In this document: in pieces, positions 28,254 through 36,475 of the stretch
How the letters are laid out: each line of letters begins with the position of its first letter
How positions within the stretch are numbered: position 1 is the stretch's first letter
From: a virus
Taxonomy: Duplodnaviria; Caudoviricetes
Direction: 5' to 3' (one strand)
DNA length: 36,475 nucleotides
Virus record (IMG/VR): IMGVR_UViG_3300033562_000709
Coordinates: 1-36,475 of that record
Translations under genes and position numbers: made by a program
Notes under the pieces: model-generated
What the model saw: the letters and a program-made list of their open reading frames with translations, nothing else
Databases searched by the model: none
Told to the model about the DNA's origin: nothing

Positions 28254-28655
28254 ATGAAAGATCGTTATTTTAACTCAAGTGAAAGTGTTCATAGACTAGT
28301 TAAAGCCTTTAAAGAACACAGAAATCTATTTATAGCTTTTGATTTTGACAATACTGTATTTGATACACACAAATTAGGAGATACATTTCCTAAGATGGAG
28401 AGTTTATTACGTTTTCTAAAGAAAGAGGGTTTTATGCTCATACTTTTTACAGGAAATGAAGGTAATAGATTAAAAGAAATAGTTAAATATTGTACAGAAC
28501 ACGGATATGAACCTGATTACGTTAATGAGAATCCTATCGAAAACTCACGTAAACCTTACTTCAACATACTATTAGATGATAAAGCAGGATTAAACGAAGC
28601 TTATCAAATTTTAGTAACTACTTTAAACATTTTAGAATATCCTTTTCATGAATAA
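28254..28655 (+). CDS. HAD-superfamily phosphatase (BT0820-like)
   Basis: IAFDFDNTV, LILFTG, RKPYFNILLDDKAG; likely start MKDRYF. Confidence 0.85.
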   Translation: MKDRYFNSSESVHRLVKAFKEHRNLFIAFDFDNTVFDTHKLGDTFPKMESLLRFLKKEGFMLILFTGNEGNRLKEIVKYCTEHGYEPDYVNENPIENSRKPYFNILLDDKAGLNEAYQILVTTLNILEYPFHE

Positions 28656-28876
28656 AAACTAACATTATTCAAATTCCTGTGAGAAAGAAGAACAACCTAT
28701 TAGCCAGTTGTACAACAACTGGCTCCCTAACAACTTTCCTAAGCAGAGAAGAAATCGCTAGAGAATCTAGACGGAGTGAATTTCTTAGATTAGGAGGTAC
28801 TACTGAATTATGCTTATTTGAAAAAGGTGTGAAGAAAGCTATTACTAAATTTTGTCAAGGTAATTAAAGTTACATG

Positions 28877-28961
28877 TGAGAGATATCCAAGTGGTAAAGG
28901 GCCTAAACAAAATATCTAGGGTAGAAATACTGTCGCATGTTCGAATCACGCTCTCTCATCA
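28877..28961 (+). tRNA. Degenerate class II (Leu/Ser-type) tRNA-like element
   Basis: Acceptor TGAGAGA/TCTCTCA, D-loop AGTGGTAA, variable arm GTA-GAAA-TAC, T-loop TTCGAAT; anticodon arm non-canonical. Confidence 0.65.
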
Positions 28962-28988
28962 AATTATTTAAACTTAAACTCAAATATT

Positions 28989-29270
28989 ATGAAAAATTTA
29001 TTTAAAGATTGGAATTGGGAGGATACTACAGCATCAGTTTTTATTTTAATTGTTTTATTAACTGTAAGTATACTTACCACTGCTATTATAGCAGATCATA
29101 GAGTAACTCATTACTCACTTTCAGGAACTTACGAAGGAAGTTTGTTAATAATAGCCAATAGAAATTGGTGTCCTAATGAAGAGATTAAACTCGGTAAGGC
29201 AATGTCTTACGAAGATGCTGTTAAAATGCTAAATGATTTGAATACAAATCTATTGTACGACGGAGATTAA
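28989..29270 (+). CDS. Single-TM membrane protein
   Basis: 93 aa, N-terminal TM, AAACTCAAA upstream. Confidence 0.75.
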   Translation: MKNLFKDWNWEDTTASVFILIVLLTVSILTTAIIADHRVTHYSLSGTYEGSLLIIANRNWCPNEEIKLGKAMSYEDAVKMLNDLNTNLLYDGD

Positions 29271-29301
29271 CGTCAAGTAATTAACCTTAAAAAGATATCT
29301 T

Positions 29302-29800
29302 ATGGATTTATTAAAATGGATTTCATTTGGAACCTGATCGAACGCTTCCGTCACTATTGACGACAAGAATTTTATTACTGCTTTTATATTCGTAACTCTT
29401 ATATTTGTTATGATCAAGACTATATTACTAATAGTTACTGATTTTGCTCTTATAAAAAAGAAAGCTAAGGTCTGGGGAAAGTTATTAGTAATAGTAGCTC
29501 GTCTTATACAAGTTTTTATTTACTTCTTGTTATTAAGTATAATAGGTATTTTTCATATTCCTATACTTTTCATATAGAATTGTAAAACTTCCGGACTCTA
29601 CATTAACTACTATAGGTTCCTTTGGTACAAAAGTTTGGAAAGCACCTTGGGTAGTAAGAATGATAGCAACTTCATTTACCTCTGTAGTTATGTTGACATT
29701 ATTCTTTGTTAATTTCAAGGAAATGTTTATTGGATTTTATGCTCCTAAATATGGTGCAATTCAGGAAATTGTAGCTATCGTGGATACTCTTTTAAAATAA
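29302..29800 (+). pseudogene. Disrupted multi-TM membrane protein gene
   Basis: In-frame TGA at 29335 and apparent frameshift near 29550; hydrophobic translation ending FYAPKYGAIQEIVAIVDTLLK. Confidence 0.55.
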
Positions 29801-29806
29801 AATACT

Positions 29807-29888
29807 TAATACAACACTAGTACAGATGGTGCTTAACTTAAGAGTATTTTGGAATTCTACTCAGTGGGTGAATTCTAGTGTTGTATTA
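29807..29888. repeat. 14-bp perfect inverted repeat enclosing two small hairpins
   Basis: TAATACAACACTAG / CTAGTGTTGTATTA. Confidence 0.8.
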
Positions 29889-30042
29889 TTTATAAAAGAT
29901 AAGAACCTCAATAACGGGTACTAGCATTGTCGATGACTTTATCTTAGTATGAAAATATTTGAAGATATGACATATACACTTGATGTATAGTTATAAATGT
30001 AGTGGCACGTACAAGCCCGTTTTAACTTTTAAAAATCGTATT

Positions 30043-30588
30043 ATGAAAAACTTTATTATTTTATTTTGTTTAGTTTTTGCTTTTAGTTTCACTTCGTGTG
30101 ATCAAATTAGTAGAAGAGATGCTATTTCTAATAGTGGTGCTGAAAAGCTTGATGTGTCTGTAGTTGTACAATCAGATGGGACCACTATTGAACAGGGTAG
30201 TATTTCTGAGAGATATCGTAGAGATAATCTTCCTGGTTCAATTAAACATTTATATGTTATCTCAGGTGTTTCCGGTCAAGTATTATTATATTCTACTGTT
30301 AAAGGTAAAGTAACTTCCTCGGGTAAAAGATTAACTCCAGCTACAGTTGAAGGTAATGGTTATAATTCTAACGGTGCCAATAACTATGTGTGGATAAACG
30401 GAACAAGATATGTTACTAATGAGGTACTTGGTGATGATGGCACCTATGGAAATTCTATTGAATATCTATATTGGTTTGATTCTAAAGGAGTATACCATCA
30501 ACATTATAAAGGAGGTAATGAAATACTTCATATATCCGATGCTCCTCTTGCCGTCAAATCTATCATACTCAATTTAGAGGAAAGATGA
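30043..30588 (+). CDS. Lipoprotein
   Basis: Signal MKNFIILFCLVFAFSFTS-C; KGKVTSSGKRLTP, DDGTYG motifs. Confidence 0.8.
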   Translation: MKNFIILFCLVFAFSFTSCDQISRRDAISNSGAEKLDVSVVVQSDGTTIEQGSISERYRRDNLPGSIKHLYVISGVSGQVLLYSTVKGKVTSSGKRLTPATVEGNGYNSNGANNYVWINGTRYVTNEVLGDDGTYGNSIEYLYWFDSKGVYHQHYKGGNEILHISDAPLAVKSIILNLEER

Positions 30589-31025
30589 TAAGAAAACATA
30601 TCACACTCATAATTCTGTCGCTTCTTGTTCTTACAAGTTGTGGCAGATATGTTCGAGATGCTAAAGATACAGCTTTTAAAGAACTTAAAGCAAGTACTTT
30701 ACTTAAAAAGTACGAGTGGTTCAAAGATGCATCTTCTCAACTTGATAAAAAGATAGCTGATATTTCAGTCTATGATAACAAGATGAAAACTATATCTGAG
30801 GCATATAATGGAATTTCTCGTAAAGATTGGGCTAGAGACGATAGAGAACAATTATCTATTTGGGCATCTGAATTAGCAGGAATTAAAGCTAGTTATAATA
30901 ATCTTAGTGCAGAATACAACTCTCAAATGAGTAAAATTAACTGGAGGTTTTGTAATATAGGTGATTTGCCAGATGGAGCATCTACCCCACTTCCTAGGAA
31001 TTATAAACCTTATATTGACAAATAA
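30585..31025 (+). CDS. Lipoprotein / membrane-anchored coiled-coil protein
   Basis: Signal ..SLLVLTS-C; LLKKYEWFKDA; AEYNSQMSK. Confidence 0.8.
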   Translation: MIRKHITLIILSLLVLTSCGRYVRDAKDTAFKELKASTLLKKYEWFKDASSQLDKKIADISVYDNKMKTISEAYNGISRKDWARDDREQLSIWASELAGIKASYNNLSAEYNSQMSKINWRFCNIGDLPDGASTPLPRNYKPYIDK

Positions 31026-31834
31026 TGAGTAAGCTTAAGTGTGTACATGTAACAACTCAAGAAGAATGGGATGAAGTTATAAGAGATGTTAGATCGACAT
31101 ATTATAATTCTTTTAGTACTTATCCTGACATAGCTATATCTTTTCATGATGGTTGTCATTGTAGTGTAAAATGGTATAAAGATAATGGTCACGATGTAAT
31201 ATCTTTTGAAGAATGGGATCAATATTACCGAAGTAAGTCTAAAGAAGGAATAAAAAAGAAAACGATAGATATTATTGGTAAGGTTCTTCCATATAAACCA
31301 GAAATAACTAAGGAAATCTTCAATAATCTCTTAGAACTTCTTAAAAAGAATGGTTTAAGAGAGATTGGTTCAAGTATGAACTATAGAGGTTTTACTTTAC
31401 ATGGAGGATTACGTATTAAAAGTTTTACTTTTAATACTTTGGTGTGGAATAGTCATTGTTCTTCTGAAGAAATAACTCTCTCAGATATATATTCTTTTTA
31501 TGAAACTACAGCAAAAGATCCTAACGTATTAAGCTTTCCTTTTAACATAGGAGATATTATTAGATGTGATAAATTAGCTAATTGGTGTAGTTCTGCTGCT
31601 GAATTATATCCTCTAGGTATTTGTGATAGAGAGGAAGTAAAAATAACTAAAATCTTAGATAAAAAAAGTGACTTTATTCCTTTTGCTGCTATTTATCAAG
31701 GAGACGAATATGGATTTAGTTATAATTCCCTGAATAAATATAGTTTAGTAGAAAAAACTCTTTCAGATTCTGTTACATCTACTCCTATCTTATCGAGTAC
31801 AAAACCTTTGTTAATAAAAGTACCTAAAATCTAA
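31025..31834 (+). CDS. Modular hypothetical protein
   Basis: 269 aa; VHVTTQEEWDEV module, central YKPEI..LHGGL module, FNIGDII module. Confidence 0.75.
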   Translation: MSKLKCVHVTTQEEWDEVIRDVRSTYYNSFSTYPDIAISFHDGCHCSVKWYKDNGHDVISFEEWDQYYRSKSKEGIKKKTIDIIGKVLPYKPEITKEIFNNLLELLKKNGLREIGSSMNYRGFTLHGGLRIKSFTFNTLVWNSHCSSEEITLSDIYSFYETTAKDPNVLSFPFNIGDIIRCDKLANWCSSAAELYPLGICDREEVKITKILDKKSDFIPFAAIYQGDEYGFSYNSLNKYSLVEKTLSDSVTSTPILSSTKPLLIKVPKI

Positions 31835-31836
31835 GT

Positions 31837-32162
31837 ATGTGATATTGTTTACTTTATTCTCCTGAAATTTCAGAAATAGATTTCTGGAATATAATTTGCT
31901 TACTGGAAAAACATGGTTATAAAAACGAAGGAGGTCATTCTAATACTTATGAAGGTTTTAAATTACACGGAGGATTAGGTTGGTAGATTGGCACATGAAT
32001 GACAGTATATAGACCGAATTTACAGTCTTGTCCACAAGATACTATTTTAACAGTAGATCAAATACTGGATAAATATTCTGCACCTCATCTATAGCTGCTA
32101 AATTATACAAAAAACAAATAATTACTCCAGTACCTATTTTACTATCTGTAAAACGTATTTAA
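31837..32162 (+). pseudogene. Decayed partial paralog of 31025-31834
   Basis: LYSPEISE..LLEKHG..YEGFKLHGGL matches PYKPEITK..LLKKNG..YRGFTLHGGL; stops at 31840, 31984, 31996 and frameshift near 32088. Confidence 0.7.
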
Positions 32163-32172
32163 AACTCAAATA

Positions 32173-32412
32173 ATGAAAAAATTAATCTTTTTTATAACTA
32201 TTCTAATTTTATCTTCCTGTACTTCTACAGCTAGAAGAAAGTTTAGAGATGCCTCAACCACTTTAGAAAAAGTTGTAATATTGGAATGTCCAACTGTATC
32301 TACAGAGTTATACAAAGTAAAACGTATATCTCAAGGAGTAGTTACTTTTGTTAAACTTCCTAATCAATATATGGTAAAGGATACAATCCTTTACCGATTC
32401 GAAGTAGAGTAA
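32173..32412 (+). CDS. Small lipoprotein
   Basis: MKKLIFFITILILSS-C; AAACTCAAA upstream. Confidence 0.75.
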   Translation: MKKLIFFITILILSSCTSTARRKFRDASTTLEKVVILECPTVSTELYKVKRISQGVVTFVKLPNQYMVKDTILYRFEVE

Positions 32413-32429
32413 TCTATTTAAAAGAACTA

Positions 32430-32501
32430 ATTGGCTATAAACTAGTTACTTCTATCTCAGACCGTAAATCTGAATCCAAATTCACTAATTTAATTTCCAA
32501 T
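32430..32501 (+). ncRNA. Candidate Y-RNA-like element with anticodon-arm mimic
   Basis: ATTGG/CCAAT closing stem, AGTTACTTC, TCAGA-CCGTAAA-TCTGA hairpin; directly upstream of the TROVE-like/TerD gene. Confidence 0.5.
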
Positions 32502-32503
32502 CA

Positions 32504-35500
32504 ATGAAAAACATTATCTGTTTAAGAAATGGTTTTATTTGTTTACCTGATGCAGGTGTAGACAATCGTGCAATAGCAATGACTACGCAAGCAGAACTTA
32601 TGAGATTTGGCTATATGCTTGATCAAGATGCTTTTGCTGCTATGGGTAAAGCTGATAAAGCTGATATAGTAGATTTTCACAACGAAGTGATTACCTACTT
32701 AAGAAAAATAACAGGAGGAGTTCATTCTTATACTCCTTTCTATCCAGGATTTCCAGATCAAGTAATGAGCATGTCTCAATATGATCTATGGATGAATCAG
32801 ATTCTTCATTACATGACAAATGGTAAATGGAAAGCACCTGCTTGGTCCAAACCTTTTAAAGTTGCATTTGAGACAGTTAAATATAAAATGTTAACTGCAG
32901 GGGATGAAGCAAAATTCTTAGGAATTTTTACTAATTTATGTAGTGTAGGACAGAGTATAACACCTCAGGATTAACTTTTAGGTCCCTTTGTATGGCGACA
33001 TACATCGAAAAATTTTCTTAATTGCTGGAACATCTTAACCATTTTGTTAATTTTAATTACTATAATTGTAATTAAAATAAAAAATACAAATATGGAAAGA
33101 CAATCAGCAGCGAAGCTTTATGGTAAAAAAGAAGAATTTCTTTTTATTTCAAAACGAGTAGAAAATACTTTACCTTACAAAAAATATTTTTGTACTTTAC
33201 AATGTAAAAACTGTGATACAGTTACTGAAATTTTACAAACACATCTATCTAGAGCTATATGTATTACTTGTAGAAGTAATGAATGGGCTAAAGATTATGT
33301 AGGTAAAACTATAGGAACTTATAATGTTTTAGAATTTATTCATAAAAAAGGTAGATTAAATTACTATAAATGTGAATGTATTAAATGTAAAAGTATTAGT
33401 AAAGTAAGTATACAAGGTATAAAAAACAATAATAATTGTAAAAATTGTAGGATTATAGGAAAGATTCCTACAATAGAGGCACAAGTAAACTTTTTAAAAC
33501 ATCAATACAAAGTAGGAGCAAAAAATAGAAATTTAGAATTTTTATTAACTCACGATGAATTTAAAAATATTATTTATAAAAATTGTTATTATTGTGGTAC
33601 AGAACCAAAACATAGAAATCCCGCTAGAACTAAAATAATAGAGGGATCATTTAAAGTTAACGGAATAGACAGAATTAATTCTAATCTAGGATATACTTTA
33701 AATAACTGTGTATCTTGTTGTTCTATTTGTAATGAAATGAAAATGAGTAGATCTATTGATGAATTTAAATATCAAATAGAAAAAATCTATATTTATCAAA
33801 AAGAACGTTCAACGACTATCCCGGAAGGGAGTACACCTAAGCAGGTGGAAATAGAAAACAACTCGAAAGAGTTGATGATATAGTCTAATCTGCATAGAAA
33901 TATGCAGCAAGGTTTAAACCTTGAGTATGATTTAGCGAATCATATTTAATACAAAAATGTTAGAAGTTATTAAATGGTTTGTATCCTCTGGGCAGACTTT
34001 ATTCTTTCCTCCTGTAATACCATTTAAGGAAAATTTGTGTACTCTAGCCGGAATGGGATTAGATGTACCCGTTAAAACAACCACTGATGTACTTCGAATT
34101 TGTGTAGGACTTAGTGGTGGAGATGTCAGTCTTCCAGCAGTTCCTAAAAAGATTCTAACTTCTAAAACAAGAGTTGGTAGAAGATATGAATTACAAAAGG
34201 TAGCTAATCCTGAGAGAGATAAATTCAAGTTCAAAAAGTTTAATCGTACCGAACGCCGTTATCTTTTAGGTTTGCTCAACAAAACTAATTGCGATGTAAG
34301 AGAAATGAAACTAAAAGCTCAACGATGGATTCGTTTAGGTGAAATACTTCATCCCGGTGAATATTCTTCTATTTATCCAAAGGCTGCTAGAGCATTCGAC
34401 TTAATTCGTGAGACTAAAGTAGTATCTTGGTATGGAGAAGTAGAAGCTGCCTTCAAAAGAAGTTATGTAGAGGGTTTAACAAAACTCTCAGAAAGACCCG
34501 GAGAATTTGTTAGACGTTTAGATTTACTAATAAGAAAAAATAACGTTGTTTTAAGAAATCAAACTCTTGAAGCATTTCATAAAATTGCTTTAGGAGTATC
34601 AAATAAGGTACTCTTTGAAGTGTTTACTCATTTTGAAGGTAGAAGTATTAAAACTACCAATCGTTCAATCTTTATTAAAGGAGCACGTAAAAAGATTGCT
34701 TTACCTAATTTACCTGCTTTAGCACCAGACCTCATTCAGAATGTACAAGATACCATTTTCTCAGCTCTTAAAGAAAAGTTCGCTTTACTTGAACCACTGG
34801 GGGATTGTTGGATTGATCCTGAATTAAAGAAAATACCATTACCTACTAATATGAGGAGTTTAAGTGAGAGTTTAGTTCCTATTATTCGTGGGCAAAGGAT
34901 TCCTATTGGTGGTGATAAAAACATATTAAGACCTTTTATCCACTGGTATGATCAGAATGGAAATGAAGATTTAGATCTCCATGGATTCTTATTAGGATCA
35001 GGTAATAGTGCTAGTTTTGGATATAATGGAATTCATTCCTCTTCTATAGGTTGTTATTCTGGAGACGTTAGACATCGTAGAGGGGCCTGTGCTGAGTATG
35101 TTGATATTAATATCAAAAAAGCATTAGCTGCTGGGTACAAATACTTTGTAATGGTAGTCCATAATTTCACAGAAAGACCTTTAAGTACTCTTAAAGATTG
35201 TGTAGTAGGAACTCAAGAGAGAAAAGTTGCAAATGCTAATTCTCATTGGTTACCAGATACTATTACAAATTGTCTTAAACCTACATCAGAGGCTTCTTTT
35301 GCACTAATAGGTGCATATGACTTTGAGACACGTGAATATATTCACATAGACCTAGATTGGGGTACTTTCTCAGGATATGTAGGAAAAGGAGATTCTAAAA
35401 AGCTTTTTAAAGCAATTGAACCTTTTATCAAATTACCTGTCTTTAGTGTATATAATTTACTCCAATGGCATTGTGAGGCTAGAGGAAGATTAGTGAGCCA

Positions 35501-35579
35501 GGAAACTGCTACTACTCATTACTTATATGAAGATTTTGGATCTTCGTATGTTGAGACAATGAAATTTATGGGAGTATAA
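32504..35579 (+). CDS. ROT/TROVE-like repeat + C-terminal TerD-like protein, two exons (32504-32971, 33960-35579; ~695 aa)
   Basis: YTPFYPGFPDQVM, TTTDVLR, WIRLGEILHPGEY, RPGEFVRRLD, TerD-like DLDLH..YSGDVR..AEYVDI; splicing gives ITPQD|LEVIKWF in frame. Confidence 0.85.
32972..33959 (+). mobile_element. Group I intron (IA2-like)
   Basis: P1 GGAT/GTCC with U-G at 5' splice site; P10 TAACTTTTA/TAGAAGTTA; P AATTGCTGGAA, Q AATCAGCAG, R GTTCAACGACTA, S GATATAGTC; P7.1, P7.2, P8, P9 hairpins; terminal G 33959. Confidence 0.93.
33092..33883 (+). CDS. Intron-encoded HNH-type homing endonuclease
   Basis: Multiple CxxC; AKNRNLEFLLT..CYYCG..GIDRINSNLGYTLNNCVSCCSICNEMK. Confidence 0.85.
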   Translation: MERQSAAKLYGKKEEFLFISKRVENTLPYKKYFCTLQCKNCDTVTEILQTHLSRAICITCRSNEWAKDYVGKTIGTYNVLEFIHKKGRLNYYKCECIKCKSISKVSIQGIKNNNNCKNCRIIGKIPTIEAQVNFLKHQYKVGAKNRNLEFLLTHDEFKNIIYKNCYYCGTEPKHRNPARTKIIEGSFKVNGIDRINSNLGYTLNNCVSCCSICNEMKMSRSIDEFKYQIEKIYIYQKERSTTIPEGSTPKQVEIENNSKELMI

Positions 35580-35581
35580 AT

Positions 35582-35604
35582 TTAAGGAGGGGAACCCTCC
35601 TTAA
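35582..35604 (+). terminator. Hairpin after the TROVE-like/TerD gene
   Basis: TTAAGGAGGG-GAA-CCCTCCTTAA; no U-tract. Confidence 0.55.
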
Positions 35605-35617
35605 TAAAATCTATATT

Positions 35618-36475
35618 ATGGTAGAAAAATTTCAAATTGGTGATATACCTGGACATTTTTATGATGGCATTAATTGCTTTTGGGTGTGTGATGGACCACA
35701 GCATAATGGTTATCCTTTCGAATTATTAGGAGTAGATAAAATGGATTACTGTAGAGAAATTTTAAATTATACTCCTGGTATTGGTGCTTTTCCAACTTGT
35801 ATAAATATGGAGGATCTACGTAAAGTATGTAAAGCTCTTGATCGAGATTTATCTAAGCAATTAGGAATTAGAATCAAAGAAAAAGAATCTGAAGAAGAAC
35901 TTCCTGAAGGACATGGTTTCAAGGTAGGTGATAAAGTAGTTATAACAAAAGGATTTCCTAATTTTAATTCTGAGATGGAAAAATTAGTAGGTAAAATAGT
36001 TACAATTACTAAAATTTATAATTTAGATTTAAAGGATTGTACAATTGAATTTGAAGGAAGTTCTTATTGGCGATGGAAATTTTCTCAAGGACATTTTAAA
36101 AAATATGTTCCTATAGAACCTTTAAAAGAAATAATTTCTGATATTCCTGATTCTTATACATTTGAAGGAAATGGTATTAGTTATCAAACTTATACAGAAA
36201 AATTTGAAGAGCATAAAGGAAAATGGTTCTGGAATAGTAATGTATCTAACGATGCTCCTTTTGATTACTGTAATTTTAATAAAAAATCAGCTCAACAGAG
36301 ATTATTAGGTTATCAAGATGATAGAGGTTTTCCTTACTGTAAATCTAAAGAAGACTTATTTAAGTTTTGTCTATTAATAGACAAAGAAAGAAAAGCCTTT
36401 TATGAGAAAGAGGCAATACCAGATATTGTTGAAGATTCTCCTAAATTTATGAAAATAAAAGAAGAGGAAGAAGAA
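35618..36475 (+). CDS. Modular hypothetical protein, truncated by right window edge
   Basis: Manual translation open to the end; repeated module (..PF....K.....L.Y....FP.C...EDL.K.C) either side of an FKVGDKVVI SH3/KOW-like module. Confidence 0.8.
   Translation, partial: MVEKFQIGDIPGHFYDGINCFWVCDGPQHNGYPFELLGVDKMDYCREILNYTPGIGAFPTCINMEDLRKVCKALDRDLSKQLGIRIKEKESEEELPEGHGFKVGDKVVITKGFPNFNSEMEKLVGKIVTITKIYNLDLKDCTIEFEGSSYWRWKFSQGHFKKYVPIEPLKEIISDIPDSYTFEGNGISYQTYTEKFEEHKGKWFWNSNVSNDAPFDYCNFNKKSAQQRLLGYQDDRGFPYCKSKEDLFKFCLLIDKERKAFYEKEAIPDIVEDSPKFMKIKEEEEE

Noticed and set aside
29302-32162. Stop-codon reassignment (TGA=Trp or TAG=Gln), known in some crAss-like phages
   Set aside because: Long genes are intact in the standard code, TGA and TAG end normal genes, the affected ORFs also have frameshifts, and no suppressor tRNA is seen.
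33957-33959. ATG start of a separate 540-aa protein
   Set aside because: The G is the intron's terminal G; the ORF is exon 2 of the gene starting at 32504.

Overview
AT-rich segment of a large Bacteroidota-infecting dsDNA phage, most likely crAss-like (Crassvirales or a relative), judged from the portal/TerL sequences and the TAnnTTTG host-type promoters. Left arm (1-21.3 kb, mostly minus strand): a tail-fibre gene running off the left edge (missed by the ORF track), virion proteins, portal, GH108 lysozyme, TerL with a LAGLIDADG intein, putative TerS, GroES-like protein, PD-(D/E)XK nuclease, lysis-type membrane proteins, a DEDDh exonuclease fused to a decaying GIY-YIG nuclease, a wHTH protein next to 21-bp-phased iteron-like repeats, and a Tad1-like anti-defence protein. 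Right arm (21.4 kb-end, plus strand): many small early-type ORFs separated by structured intergenic elements, a degenerate tRNA, pseudogenes, and a TROVE-like/TerD gene split by a well-supported group I intron encoding an HNH-type nuclease. The two most interesting unexplained signals are (i) an AAACTCAAA motif just upstream of about 8 start codons, with its reverse complement lying on the same strand before a terminator at the end of a large structured intergenic region (candidate sRNA-controlled regulon), and (ii) a Y-RNA-like leader carrying a tRNA-Tyr anticodon-arm mimic upstream of the TROVE-like/TerD gene. All protein family calls are from motif recognition by eye and RNA structures are hand-folded; no searches were run.
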